64,000 bases of DNA from Octopus vulgaris (taxonomy: Eukaryota): NCBI GenBank assembly GCA_951406725.2, contig OX597823.1, positions 68,758,001 through 68,822,000 on the forward strand, read 5' to 3'. Positions 1-12,954 of the stretch are shown in pieces (the first letter of the stretch is position 1; every line of letters starts with the position of its first letter). Below the pieces are notes generated by a model. The model was not told where the DNA came from, searched no databases, and was given only the letters and a program-made list of their open reading frames with translations. Position numbers and translations under genes: made by a program.

Positions 1-11
1 GAGAGATAAAT

Positions 12-53
<42 letters not shown>

Positions 54-59
54 GGCTTT

Positions 60-1830
60 TAAGCTAGTATATATATTAAAAATTTGTGAAACATAGAGGT
101 TTACACCAAGTAAACCCAACAGTGAGACCTCCCATTTAAGATACCTTGGCAGACAAAGCAATTAAGATATGAAGGTAAAAATGGCAACTGATTCATCTGG
201 GATAGTGAACAAAAGGTTGAAAATATCTTGCCAAGTAGATCAAAAACTGGTCATGCCTGAAGGTGTTATATGCAATGAGTGGCATAACAGTATCAAACTG
301 CTATAAGACATAGAGAGATGTTACAAAAAAGAAACTAGAGATATTAGGTTGATGAACCAGTTTATGAAAATCACTCGAAGAATTATTGTGCAACTTATTA
401 AGAACAAAATTTAACTTAAATGAACAGTAGTTTGAATTTGTTTGGTAAGCGGTGCTACATATACGTTGTTTCTAGTAAGACAGTTGCAGAAGTACTTAGC
501 AAAGATGAAGTTGCTGCTTCTAGCATTCATTCACTGATCTGAAGATGCCTTTGTCAGGGTTTCAGGTTATGTATGTTGGTACTAGCTAAGAAGTCCAAGT
601 GTAGAGAAACAGAATGAAATGGTCATATAAATCATATAGAGAGGTGTAGTTAATAAGGAGGTAAGAATAAGTAGTGAATATAGCAATGAATTTATTGTGC
701 AAGTCAGGGCCCACTTGGATTTAATCCACAGTCCATTCTGTATATCATAGTCCTCCAGGTCTGAACAAGGAGTTTAAGAATGGGTACTCATGAAAACTCT
801 TCTATCCTAAAGACCTAGTTTTTATACCCAAATATGCAGTAGATTCAATGAAGAAATTCCAGACTTGGAAGCAAAACTTAGAATCAAGATGTCTGGAAGC
901 TAATATAGCAAAAATTAACATTTTAATTTTAGTCAGTAGAAAAAGAAAGCAAGTTCTTATTGACAACAGAGAAATGGCCATGCTCAATGTGCAGAAATGG
1001 AACAAGAAGATACTCTGCTCAGTGCAATGGTGTTAGCTACTGACACACAAGAGGTTCAGTGGGAGTATAAGCAAACTGATGGAGAAGGTAGACTTCATAT
1101 ATGACAATTCACAAGTACAATAAACACTTGGTGCATATGTGAAGTACCTGAAATTCTCCCAAATGCCAGGTGGTTCCTTATAGCTTATGTTGCCTAATTA
1201 ACGATAGAAGTGCATAGAAAATTGAGGTGGATAAAATTTAGGAAGCTATTACCTGCATTGGTAATAAAGGGCTTCTCTCTTTTAATGAAAGAAAGGTTTT
1301 ATGATGTCTGTATATGCACTGCTATCATCATCATCATCGTCGTCGTCGTCATCATCATCATCGTCGTCATCGTCGTCATCGTCGTCATTGTCGTCATTGT
1401 CATCATCATCGTCATCATCATCATCATTTAACATCTGCCTTCCTTGCTGGCATGGGTGAGATGGTTTGCCAGGAGCCCGCCAGGCAGAAGCCTGCACCAA
1501 ACTTCTTTCAGAGAGTATGATCTACTGGATGTGTAATATTAATATGTATAGATGACTGAGCACAAATGAACAGAGAGAAAGATTGATATAAGAAGAATCA
1601 GGTGCAGTCTAAAGGAGAAAAGTTTGCAGTGGTACTGGCATATTATGCATGTGAAGATGGCAGGGTCCTATTAATGGAATCTGAAGAAAAGGGAAACCTA
1701 GAAAGACATGGGGCAAAGTAGTGAAGACAATGTCAGGATGCTTGGCCTCACAAAAGAAAAAAAATGCAATGAATCATGATGATTGTTGAGATGCAATACT
1801 GGAGAAGACCCACTGCCCATGCAGTCACAG
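60..1830 (+). mobile_element. Degenerate RTE-clade LINE, RT domain to C-terminus, interrupted by a microsatellite/tail insertion at about 1290-1510
   Basis: Frameshifted translations match LINE RT motifs: decayed LLYADDL region at ~790-830, KKFQTWKQNLESRCLEANIAK (848-910), LQWYWHIMH (~1622-1650) and GKPRKTWGKVVK (~1692-1727). Boundaries approximate. Confidence 0.7.
1324..1426. repeat. (ATC/GTC)n trinucleotide microsatellite, tail of a minus-strand RTE-type 3' end
   Basis: Visible repeat followed by tttaacatctgccttcc, the reverse complement of the ...GGACGTTAAACGATGATGAT tail seen at 11020 and 49580. Confidence 0.9.
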
Positions 1831-3467
1831 TCATGGTGAACTATTATGTGATGCCTCCTGTATCTTTGATATCCTCCTCTCTACCACACATCTTTCTATC
1901 ATTTACTGTCTTCCTATACATCTGCTCTCTTGTATTCATTATGTCATGCTATGGCACTTCTGTAACTAACAATGGCATGGGATCTGTAAGACTCTATAAT
2001 CTCCTTGATACACACTTCTTTTCAGTGCATCAGGTTACCTGAGTAACAAGGGATGGCACTAGGATTGTCCAACTTAATCAGTCCTTTCCTACCAGCATCC
2101 CTTACACTCTGCCTCTCTCATCAAGACATCAATGTGTGAAGAAATGTACTTGATCTATATGTAAATAATACTCCCTACCATCACCTTCTTGAGATACCAG
2201 TCAACCATTATTCTGTTATTGTCATGCCACCACTGTTTCCTGTCTGTTGCACCCAGTCATTACTGTCTCTCTTCCATTACTCCCTCTGTTTTGCTTTTCA
2301 AACTCCCACTCCCTTCATGCATTCACCTTAGTTTTATATTTTGTTCCCCTTCCTGTCTACTCTTTTGGGCACATTACCTTGGACAAAAAGGGATGCCATA
2401 GTGTAGTAAGGATTCTCAACCTTGTAGGGCATCTTTCCATCTACTTTACGGTGTAAAATAGATGGTAAATGAATGGAGGCGTCATAGGGCCAAGTGCATT
2501 CTTTAGTCTAGATGAAGGCATGACAATGTCTCTAATGTTGGTGCCAGAATAAACTACATCCAGTACACTCTGTAAAATAGTTGGTGTTAGGAAAAGCTTC
2601 CAACCACTGAAACAATGCCAAAATTAGAACACATTAAATGTGGTCTGCTGGCCAATCAGAAGAGTAAGGACTCTGAATAAAAACTTACTCAGAATGTGAT
2701 CACATGTCAGTATAAAAACAGATGTACATTGTATTATGATAATATTTTATTTATTTTGATATTATATTTTCTTGATGATGATGATGATGATCATCATCAT
2801 CGCCATAGATAGCTAATCTGCTTATTGACACATTATTCCAAATAGAGTATAATTCAGGTCATGTGAAATGAAACTTCATAAAAATAAATGTAAAAGTAAC
2901 ACATGCCTCTATTATTATCTGTTTGGACCAATGAAGATTATAGTGATAGTATAGTGACTATAATAATGCAGTAGCATGAAATTGAAATATATAATTTACA
3001 TACTGATAGATATATATGCAGACATATAAGTAAATCTTGTCTGTGTAAATGTATACCAAGATGTGCATACATGTATGCATACATGCATACACAGATACAC
3101 GTGTGTATATGTGTGTGTGCATGTGCACGCATAAGTATGTATTAGAAAATAATATTTCAAAAGAGAATTTAATGATAAACCTGTGTGAAATTACAAATAT
3201 GCTGATTAATAGCTTATCTTGTATGATGATCTTAGGGGTATTTTGCCAAATTCACCCTATGTTAAATTGCTGAGTAAATTGGACACAACTTGTATGTTGT
3301 ATTCATCATGTAATTATCACTTGGTAGTCCCATATCCATTTGTATACATGTATCAATTGTCAGAAAGTGTCCTGGTAGAGTAATAATTAGCAATGATTGC
3401 CTCATTCAGGCATGTACAGCTTCATTCCAGCTTAGATGTTCATCATTAATTATATATCTAAATGCCA

Positions 3468-3925
3468 AGTCAGTGGCTGTGACGATAAGATACTGTACAA
3501 TATACAAAACAGTATTTAGAATTTGTTTCACCACATGATTCCAAGTTCAGTCCCACTGCGAGGCACCTTGGGCGAGTTTCTTCTACTATAGCCTCGGGCT
3601 GACCACCAAAGATTTGCGAGTGTATTTGGTAGAGGGAAACGGAAAGAAGCCCATTGTATATGTTTGTGCATGTGTGTGTCTGTGTGTGTGTGAGTGTGTG
3701 TCTTTGTGTCTGTGTTTGTCCCCCCACGTCATCACCTGATAACCGGTGTTGGTATGTTTATGTCCCCATAACATAGCAGTTCAGCAAAAGTGACTGATAG
3801 AATAAATACCAGGCTTAGAAAAATAAGTCCTGGGGTTGTTTTATTCAATTAAAATCCTTCAAGGTGGTGCTCCAGCGATGCTGTAGTCAAATGACTGAAA
3901 CAAGTAAAAAAATAAAAGAATAAAA
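3468..3925 (+). mobile_element. tRNA-derived SINE, family A (CORE-like), diverged
   Basis: B-box-like GTTCAGTCCC, CORE-like GGCACCTTGGGC.AG, internal (TG)n and the 3' GACTGAAACAAGTAAAA tail shared with about 10 other copies here. Confidence 0.85.
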
Positions 3926-4224
3926 CAAAATATTCTGAGTTCAGATCCTACCAAAATTGACTTAGCCCTTCATTGTCTTGAATTTGATAAATACCAGTAA
4001 TATTCAAGAGTTAATTTAATTGATTGCCCACCCCTTATGTATTTCTTGTACATGTGATAAATGGGAAATATTATTTGCACATTTGGATTACAAATCCAAA
4101 ACAACTAACTTTATTTTGACAAAAAAATATATTATTTTTAATAAAGCATATGCTCATATACTGAGACACACTGACATACATATTGAGCATGTAATTGTAT
4201 TAATAAGTACATACACACATAAGA

Positions 4225-4482
4225 CAGTGAGCTGGCAGAATCATTGACACCGCAGGTGAAATACTTACTCTCTTTTACTTCTTTCTGTCATTTGACTGTG
4301 GCCATGCTGGAGCACCGCCTTTAATCGAGCAACTCAACCCCGGGACTTATTCTTTGTAAGCCCAGTACTTATTCTATCGGTCTGTTTTGCCGAACCACTA
4401 AGTGATGGGGACATAAACACACCAGCATCAGTTGTCAAGCAATGTTGGATGGGACAAACACACATGCAAAAACACAAACACA

Positions 4483-4557
<75 letters not shown>

Positions 4558-4885
4558 TACGACGGGCTTCTTTCAGTTTCTGTCTCCCAAATCCACTCAC
4601 AAGGCTTTGATTGGCCTGAGGCTACAGTAGAAGACACTTGCCCAAGGTGTCATGCAGTGGGACTGAACCCGGAACCATGTGGCTGGTAAACAAACTACTT
4701 ACCACAGAGCCACTTAGCAACATTTTGTCCATCTTTAAGTTCTAAATTCAAATTCTGCTGGGTTGACTTTGCTTTTCCTCCTTTCGGAGTTGATAAAATT
4801 AGTACCAGTTGAGCACTGGGGTTGATGCAGTCAACTTAACCCCAGACCCCAAATTGCTGGTTTTATGTCACAATTTGAAATCAAA
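4225..4885 (+). mobile_element. SINE family B (Meta-domain-like), split by a nested family A SINE
   Basis: Head GTGAGCTGGCAGAATC...GAAATACTTA at 4227-4267 resumes after 4713 with CTTAGCAACATTTT...TTGACTTTGCTTTTCCTCCTTTCGGAGTTGATAAA. Confidence 0.75.
4266..4713 (-). mobile_element. SINE family A nested in a family B SINE
   Basis: Reverse complement of the family A sequence with an expanded internal (TA)n. Confidence 0.9.
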
Positions 4886-4986
4886 TATGTACACATATAT
4901 GTAGAGATGTGTTTATGTTATGTGTAGTGATGTTTATGTTAGTCAATTTTTATATACATGATTGTTTACAAACATTACATACATAG

Positions 4987-5400
4987 TTGCAGGAATGACT
5001 GTGTGGTAAGAAGCTTGCTTCTCAACTACAGGGTCCTGGGTTTAGGCTATAATAAAAAATACCTTGGGCAAGTATTTTCTATTATAGCCTGAAGCCAACC
5101 AAAGCCTTGTGAGTGGATTTGTTCGATGGAAATTGAAAGAAGCCTGTCCTATATATATGAGTGTGTGTGTGTGTGTGGGGGGTATGTGCACGTGTGTATG
5201 TCTTTCTGTCTGTGTTTGTCCCTCCACCAACCACTTGAGAACCAGTGTATTTGCATTCCCATAATTTTGTAGTTCGGAAAAAGTGATCCCTAGAATAAGT
5301 AACAGGCTTCAAAAATAAGTACTGGAGTTGATTCATTAGACTAATAATGCAAGGCAGTACTCCAGCATGGTCACAGTCTAATGACTGAAGCAATTGAGAG
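4987..5400 (+). mobile_element. SINE family A, diverged
   Basis: GACTGTGTGGTAAG head, CCTTGGGCAAGT core, CTCCAGCATGG...GACTGAAG tail. Confidence 0.85.
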
Positions 5401-5531
5401 ATGACAGAGACTATCTAGGCTGATGTATAAAGTGACCTGAAAACTGCTATACAAACAGCATACTGAGCATTATATACATATGGTGCATACTTGAAAATAT
5501 ATAAATGATAGTATAATATATATATATATAT

Positions 5532-5819
5532 ATCACTGTGACTGACCAGGCTATCAGATGTTGCTACACATTGCTAGTCACAATGTGCTTCGCATTGTTT
5601 TAGCCTTAAAATGATGCCACCCCACTGGCAAGCGAGCAGGCCAACAGAAGAAAGAGTGCGAGAAAGTTGTGGCGAAAGTGTACAGCAGGGATCGCCATCA
5701 CCCCCTGCCGGGGCCTCATAGAGCTTTAGGTGTTTTTGCTCAATAAACACTCACAACGCCCGGTCTGGGAATCGAAACCGCGATCTTATGACTGCACTAA
5801 CAACTGTGCCATTGCACCT
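5532..5819 (-). mobile_element. tRNA-derived SINE, family D variant 1
   Basis: The minus strand has the B-box GGTTTCGATTCC and shares CAGACCGGGCG and the CTTTCGCCACAACTTTCTC body with 16280-16563. Confidence 0.75.
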
Positions 5820-5858
<39 letters not shown>

Positions 5859-6065
5859 TACATGCACACACACACACACACACATATATATGTATATATT
5901 TATATATATATATATATATGTATATATTTGGGGAGTGAGAGCAAATTTTTTAATTATGTAAAAATACAAAAGAGGATTTTACAAGTGTCTTTGAAAGATA
6001 TATAAAATTCCTTTCAGAATATTTGAAGTTCACTGCACTCATATTTGATTCTTATTTCCATCATA

Positions 6066-6657
6066 TTAATCATTTAGCATTTGAACAGGTCATATCCAGC
6101 CCAAATATTCTACCTGTTTTATGTTGAAACCAGCCGGATCTGGCCTCTCATATCTATCCTCCAGTGCCATTCTAAAAATATATATAGGCACAGGAGTGGG
6201 TTTGTGGTAAGTAGCTTGCTTACCAACCACATGGTTCCGGGTTCAGTCCCACAGCATGGTACCTTGGGCAAGTGCCTTCTACTATAGCCTTAGGCCGACC
6301 AAAGCCTTGTGAGTGGATTTGGTAGATGGAAACTGAAAGAAGCCCGTCGTATATATGTATATATATATGTTTGTTTGTCCCCCCAACATCACTTGACAAC
6401 TGGGGCTGGTGTGTTTACGTCCCCGTAACTTAGCGGTTCGGCAAAAGAGACTGATAGAATAAGTCCTGGGGTCGATTTGCTCGACTAAAGGTGGTGCTCC
6501 AGCATGGCCGCAGTCAAATGACTGAAACAATTAAAAGAGTAAAGAGTATTCACATCATTAAAATCATAATGTTACAAAATAATGCAAGATTAATTCAAAA
6601 CAATGTGAATAAACAAGCATTATGCTTGACAGAATTTTCTGATTTCTAAAAGATTAA
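6066..6657. mobile_element. Probable TTAA-flanked MITE (piggyBac/Kolobok-like) split by a SINE
   Basis: TTAA at both ends with degenerate inverted ends (ttaatcatttag...ctaaaagattaa). Superfamily assignment is an inference. Confidence 0.4.
6187..6549 (+). mobile_element. SINE family A
   Basis: Near-full copy, GGCACAGGAGTGG...GACTGAAACAATTAAAAGAGTAAAGAGTA. Confidence 0.92.
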
Positions 6658-7115
6658 GGAGATGAAAATTAAACTGACTCCTGAACAGGACTCAAATCTA
6701 TCTCAGATATCAGTGGTAGGTGCAGTTATCTATGATAACTGTTTCTCAAGATGCAGTTAAAGTTTGCACAGCGAACCAGTGAAACAACTGAATCCAGCCA
6801 GAGCTGTTTTAGCAATGGGTGCAGCCCAGTAAAGGTGATAGGACATGAGCTGATAGCTTCTTGGCTAGCTGTTCATTGCTTTTTCAACTTTCAAAAGATA
6901 CATACATAACGTTAAATGCACATTTTTAACAGAAATATGCATATGAGTGTCAGTATATATGTGCATGCCTTATAACAAATGAAGATTTAATTTTACTTTT
7001 GAGCTAAAGTCCAGGTTGATACATATGTCAAAACACTCTCATTCAAGAATATTAAAGCACCCACATTTTATTAAATATGCAATGTGCACATGTGTATCAA
7101 TCTGAACACTTTATA

Positions 7116-7538
7116 TTATTCTTTTATTCTTTTATTTGTTTCAGTCATTTGACTGCGGCCATGCTGGAGCACTGCCTTTAGTTGAGCAAATCGACCCCAG
7201 GACTTATTCTTTGTAAGCCTAGTACTTATTGTATTGGTCTCTCTTGCCGAACCGCTAAGTGACGGGGACGTAAACACACCAGCATTGGTTGTCAAGCGAT
7301 GTTGGGGGGGGGGGGGGGGCAAACACAGACACACAAACATATACATACACATATATACATATATATATATACATATATACAACGGGCTTCTTTCAGTTTT
7401 CGTCTACCAAATCCACTCACAAGGCTTTGGTCAGCCTGAGGCTATAGTAGAAGACACTTGCCCAAGGTACCATGCAGTGGGACTGAACCTGGAACCATGT
7501 GGTTGGTAAGCAAGCTACTTATCACACAGTCACTCCTG
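7116..7538 (-). mobile_element. SINE family A
   Basis: Near-full reverse-complement copy. Confidence 0.92.
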
Positions 7539-8758
7539 AAAACAATGAAACATCTTTGCATATACAATGTAAAAATTTTACTTGTAAACATAAAGATAAT
7601 GACAGTATAATAATCAGTTTATGATTGTTAATTTCATTAAAACTGTCATAGGTAGCATGTTAGGTTTAATTTGATTCATCAGCATTTCTTTGTAGAGTCA
7701 TTAGTTGATGAGTGTTCCAAAAGAATCCTCTCAATCTTCATATTTATTAATGAAGTGCAATGAGATAGTAATTACCCATTATACTGGTAAAGGTGTTTAG
7801 GTACATTACCACTAATCTTCATTGTCCTAAAAAGTATCTGCTTCAATATATAATGTTATTGCAGATAGCATAATGTACTGAAATTCCTTCCCACTGGTAG
7901 GAACTGGGACTCACACAAAATAGCAAATAGCCTAAAATGTTTATGTTATATTTTCCATAAACATGAGTCAATTAGTTATGTTTTTGAAGAAGTACTTGCT
8001 AACATTCCTATCTTGGATGTTTCAAAAGTATGAACACTCATTAAAGATAATTCAAATCCACTCTGGGTGATAAAAATGTAGAACGCTTTTATGTAAGGAA
8101 GGAAATGTTTTTATACAGTAAGCAATGCATGCATTTATTCTTTTAGAAATACACAGTATACATGTTGATATATCTAATCTACAAACAACAACAGTTTCCA
8201 TATGAATGAAAATATATAGGAACTTCCTCGGGGTAAATTCTTATATCATCATCATCATCCAGTGTTTTGAATCCAGGTTTTGTCCCTGTTAACGGGGGTG
8301 GCTGGATCTCCCTCAATGCCATAGCATCCATACTCACACCATCTCACCATCTTGTCCAGTTTTGGGCGCCCTCCCTTCTCAAGCCAACCCTCTCAATCTC
8401 CTCCTCCATCTGTCCCCTCCATGTTTTCCTTGGTCTACCTCCCTATATATCTTGAAAAATTCAATGTCCTTTTACTTTCAACTAAGGTACATTATGTAAA
8501 TTACTACTAGTGAGTTTTATGAGATCTTAGCATTTTTCTTTCTACATAGAGCAACAATGAATAAAACATGGTATATTGTATACATCATTCAGTGAAGTAA
8601 TTTCTCCAAACATACAATGACCATCTTAAATATTAGTCATTACATACATTTGCCTAACACGTGCTTCTGTTTGCAAGTCTATCCACATGTCAGCACATGC
8701 TGCACGATTGTGGAATACATAACATTTAAAGTGAACAATTTGTTAGCTTATGTTTGTT

Positions 8759-8799
<41 letters not shown>

Positions 8800-8802
<3 letters not shown>

Positions 8803-9196
8803 TACTCTTTTACTCTTTTACTTGTTTCAGTCATTTGACTGCGGCCATGCTGGAGCACCGCCTTTTTAATCGAGCAACTCGACCCCAGGACTTATTCTTT
8901 GTAAGCACAGTTCTTATTCTATCGGCCTCTTTTGCCGAACCGCTTAGTGACGGGGACGTAAACACACCAGCATCGGTTGTCAAGCAATGCTAGGGGGACA
9001 AACACAGACACACACACATATATATATACATATATACGACAGGCTTCTTTCAGTTTCCGTCTACCAAATCCACTCACAAGGCATTGGTTGGCCCGGGGCT
9101 ATAGCAGAAGACACTTGCCCAAGATGCCACGCTCTGGGACTGAACCTGGAACCATGTGGTTGGTAAACAAGCTACTTACCACACAGCCACTCCCTA
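8800..9196 (-). mobile_element. SINE family A embedded in (TA)n
   Basis: Near-full reverse-complement copy flanked by (TA)n on both sides. Confidence 0.92.
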
Positions 9197-9671
9197 TATA
9201 TATATATCATCATCATCATCACTTACATATACATACATACATATATACATACATACATACATACATACATGCATACATACATACATACAGGCATACATAC
9301 TGTTATATTTTGGGATGGTCAGTTTTTTTTTGCTAAATAAACACATGCACTACATATTCATTCTTCAATCGTTTATTAATGTTCTTATTTTATCTTATGT
9401 TGATTGACTGGAAATCTTTTGTCATACATCTGTAACCTCTTTGGGGACCCTTTCTGTCCACGTGTATCCTTCTGCTCCATTTAGTCTATTCTAATATATA
9501 CCTCATTAGCACATGCTGGACACATGTATAACAACAACCACCATTTTATCCTTGGTACGCAAAATGTATTACTGGGAATATAGCTGAACACATGCATACA
9601 CTAAAGTCTTCTCTCTGACATATAAATAATATTTCAATGAATAGTGACAAAAGAGAAAAAAAGAACTACAT

Positions 9672-10035
9672 ATAGCACCACCTTTAGCTGAGTAAATCGA
9701 CCCCAGGACTTATTCTTTGGAAGCATAGCAGTTATTATATTGGTCTTCTCTTATGCCGAACCGCTAAGTTACAGGGACGTAAACACACCAGCATTGGTTA
9801 TCAAGTGATGTTGGGGGGACAAACACAGACACACAAACATATACACACACATACATATATATACATATATACAGCGGGCTTCTTTCAGTTTCCATCTACC
9901 AAAATCCACTCAAGGCTTTGGTCGGCCTGAGGCTATAGTACAAGACACTTGCCCAAGGTGCCACCCAGTGGGACTGAACCTGGAACCATGTGGTTGGTAA
10001 GCAAGCTACTTACCACACAGCCACTCCTGTGCCTA
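9672..10035 (-). mobile_element. SINE family A lacking its extreme 3' tail
   Basis: Reverse-complement copy from AGCACCACCTTTAG to CCACTCCTGTGCC. Confidence 0.9.
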
Positions 10036-10647
10036 TATATCAAAAAATAGTGAAATTTTTCTACTGTATTTGAGTTCTACTGTATTTGATGTAATTTGTT
10101 ATTATCTTATTAGCTATGTATGAACCTGTATGTGTGTGTATGTATTAAACCAGTATCAAAGTTTTATACTACAATTATACAAAGTACCTAAAAATCATTG
10201 GAAAAAAGTTCATTCATTTTGAAATGTAGCATCTTTTATAATTCAGAGTTGCTGTTTCTTTAAAAGAATTTTAAGAATTAGTATTATAAGATTTCTTCAC
10301 TTTGTTTGGAAATAGGTAAATAAGAAAAATTAAATGTAGAATTCATGCAACTCGAAACTTCATAATCAAATAATGTTCTGGGTATTTATGAAGATAAATT
10401 AATGACTGGATATCAAATGTAAAAGAAGTATGCGATTATATGGCCAGTTTGGGCTCAAAATGAAGAGAACTGAATAAGAAGTAGAAAATAATGTGTTCAA
10501 AGTGCACAGTAAAGTTTATATTAAGCTTAAATCCCTTATACGTATGCTTGTATAAGTAAATACTAAATGTTTGAATGTATTGAAACAGTAAATGGACCAT
10601 TTCAATAATAGAATGCACTATATTTAATGCTAGTAGTTGACTTCTGC

Positions 10648-10696
<49 letters not shown>

Positions 10697-10699
10697 GTA

Positions 10700-11050
10700 T
10701 ATGACCTGCTGTGCTTGAGGAGACATATTGAGTCAAGTACATCAACATCAAAATAAAAATCAAATGGAAATTGTAGTTGTGATACCCATACTGGTGGCAC
10801 ATAAAAAGCACCACCTGACCATGGCCGATGCCAGTGCCACCTTGACTGCTTCCATGCTGGTGGCACATAAAAAGTACCCACTACACTCATGGAGTGGTTG
10901 GCGTTAGGAAGGACATCCAGCTGTAGAAACACTACCAGATCAGACTGGAGCCTGGTGCAACCTCCTGGCTTCCCAGACCCCCAGTTGAACCGTCCAGCCC
11001 ATGCTAGCATGGAAAACGGACGTTAAACGACGATGATGATGATGATGATG

Positions 11051-11052
<2 letters not shown>
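10700..11052 (+). mobile_element. Family C: RTE-type 3' end/SINE with (GAT)n tail
   Basis: GGTGGCACATAAAAAGCACC motifs, GGCGTTAGGAAGG.CATCCAGC, ending GGACGTTAAACGACGATGATGAT; homologous to 20372-20633, 29430-29892 and 49315-49610. Confidence 0.85.
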
Positions 11053-11081
<29 letters not shown>

Positions 11082-11516
11082 CATATAGTTTTGTACAAAC
11101 ATTAAAATGTAGAAAACGAAATGATTAAGGACTGCCATTGTATGAATTATTTACCCACAAAAGACCAAAATGAATTTCTACTGGGATTGCTGTAAATGTG
11201 GCTGACAATGTAAGTGTAAATGCTGTAAAAGTAAAGGACAATGACAAAGATAACTGTGGAAATTACAGGATAGGAGAATTGTAAAGCTAAACACAACACA
11301 ACCAAAAAGGCACCTGCAATGTTTACAACCATGTCACAATACAAACATTAGCATCTGTAATCACGTTATCAGCATTCATTAAGTATTTTCCTATATAAAA
11401 TGGCTATATTGAATGTCATGGTGCTTAGTAAAAAGTGGTCCAAAACTGGCAACATTAAAAAGCACAAAGAATCTCCTCACGGCATAAGTATTTATGAAAG
11501 AGAAAGAAGCAAAGTG

Positions 11517-11527
11517 AGAAAGAGAAA

Positions 11528-11567
<40 letters not shown>

Positions 11568-11602
11568 GAGATGGTGAGAGGGGGAGAGAGAGAGTGTGAG
11601 AG
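11517..11602. repeat. (AG)n microsatellite
   Basis: Visible repeat. Confidence 0.9.
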
Positions 11603-12592
11603 GGACATAATGTATATGAAATCTTGTATAAGAGTACTTACTCAAATACTAATCTATAGCTTTTAAACATCTGGGGTAACTTCCTGAATTGTGGCCTTGT
11701 CTCTGCTTGGTTTCATTCATCCGTCTGTTCATTCATTGATGTCATTCATTCAGTCCTTCAGTCACTCATACACATGCACAGGTATATGGTAGTTGTGAAC
11801 TCATTATGGGTTAAATTTAGTGCTCATTTCTTCTTTCCTAACCCTTGCTACCTTTGAAAATGGATGTTAAACGATGATGATGAATGCCTCCTTGTTGATG
11901 CTGCTATGCATTAATATGACAAAAAATAGATTCCATCCCATAGACACTAATGGTATTTCAATGGAGGATGCAACCACATGGGTAACTGGATAAGCATGAC
12001 TGCTCACAACTCTGTACTACACTTTTAAGGCATTCATGAACTAGGGATTCTTGCAGATATTTATGAGCTGTGACCACCACAACCAAAAATCTGCCATCAC
12101 TTTGTGTCTCCAAGAATATCATATCTTAAGAAAAAGAAGAAAAAAAATGGGGCAAAAAGTACCAACAAATCATATTTCATAATGACAGTCACTTAAGTGA
12201 CCTGTATGACACTCTCTAACTGTTGGAACAGTTAGACTAGCAACAACAACAACAACAACAACAAAACATAAATAAGAAAAATAGCAAGATGACTAGCAAC
12301 TACAAAAATACAAATTTTAAGTATCCTTCTTCTCTGTGCACATATATGTAGATGTAAATACAAATATAGATGCACGTGTATATATATTTCTATTTACATG
12401 TGTATATAAATGCATGGAAGAAGTATTCAGTTGGTAATTGATCCTTGACTTCAGCTGTTTGACAGTTTTGTTTCCCATTTCATAGGATGTCCTAAAAGTC
12501 ACCTTCCTTATCAAGCAGTTGTGGTAAAGTTGTCGGTTTAATCACCAACAGCTTGACCATGCACAAGTTGTACCGGCTTACATAATTGTCAG

Positions 12593-12621
12593 TCACAAGT
12601 CTCCACCTATCAGCTCTCTAC
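12593..12621 (-). CDS. Candidate last exon of the unidentified minus-strand gene: (G)RELIGGDL* if entered in phase 1, otherwise 3' UTR
   Basis: Acceptor tttatatttatgatag (AG at 12623-12622); phase fits the ACA G|gtatct donor at 19736; CpGs retained; downstream sequence looks UTR-like. Confidence 0.35.
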
Positions 12622-12919
12622 CTATCATAAATATAAACACACAGCACACAGATTCATATATATACTCAACAGTAAGATGTTTATTGTGCTGAGAGAACGT
12701 GCACCAAATTTTTATCCCCACTGCAGCTGCTCCTCTTGTACTCATCCACCATACCCCTCTCTCGTGTATATGTATATGTGCATCTTTGTAACGGCAACGA
12801 GAAACTCAGAGTAACAGATTTTGTTGAATTTTCTGCTGCTTAAAATAAAGCATATTACTCTACCACTGGTATTTGAGTACTCTTTTTTCCACCTTGTTTC
12901 ACATTTATGTGTTTACTCC

Positions 12920-12954
<35 letters not shown>

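Noticed and set aside
1210-1520. Poly-Asp, poly-His and poly-Ile/Val ORFs
   Set aside because: Translations of an (ATC/GTC)n microsatellite tail, open in several frames on both strands.
4334-9407. Recurrent ORFs such as GLLSVSVYQIHSQGF...EDTCPRCHAVGLNPEPCGW and (YI)n/(HT)n peptides
   Set aside because: Chance frames through family A SINEs and their internal microsatellites, not a gene family.
10790-10880. Repeat-spacer-repeat pattern resembling a CRISPR array (also 29630-29740 and 49355-49440)
   Set aside because: Eukaryotic retroelement UTR with only 2-4 degenerate units and no cas genes.
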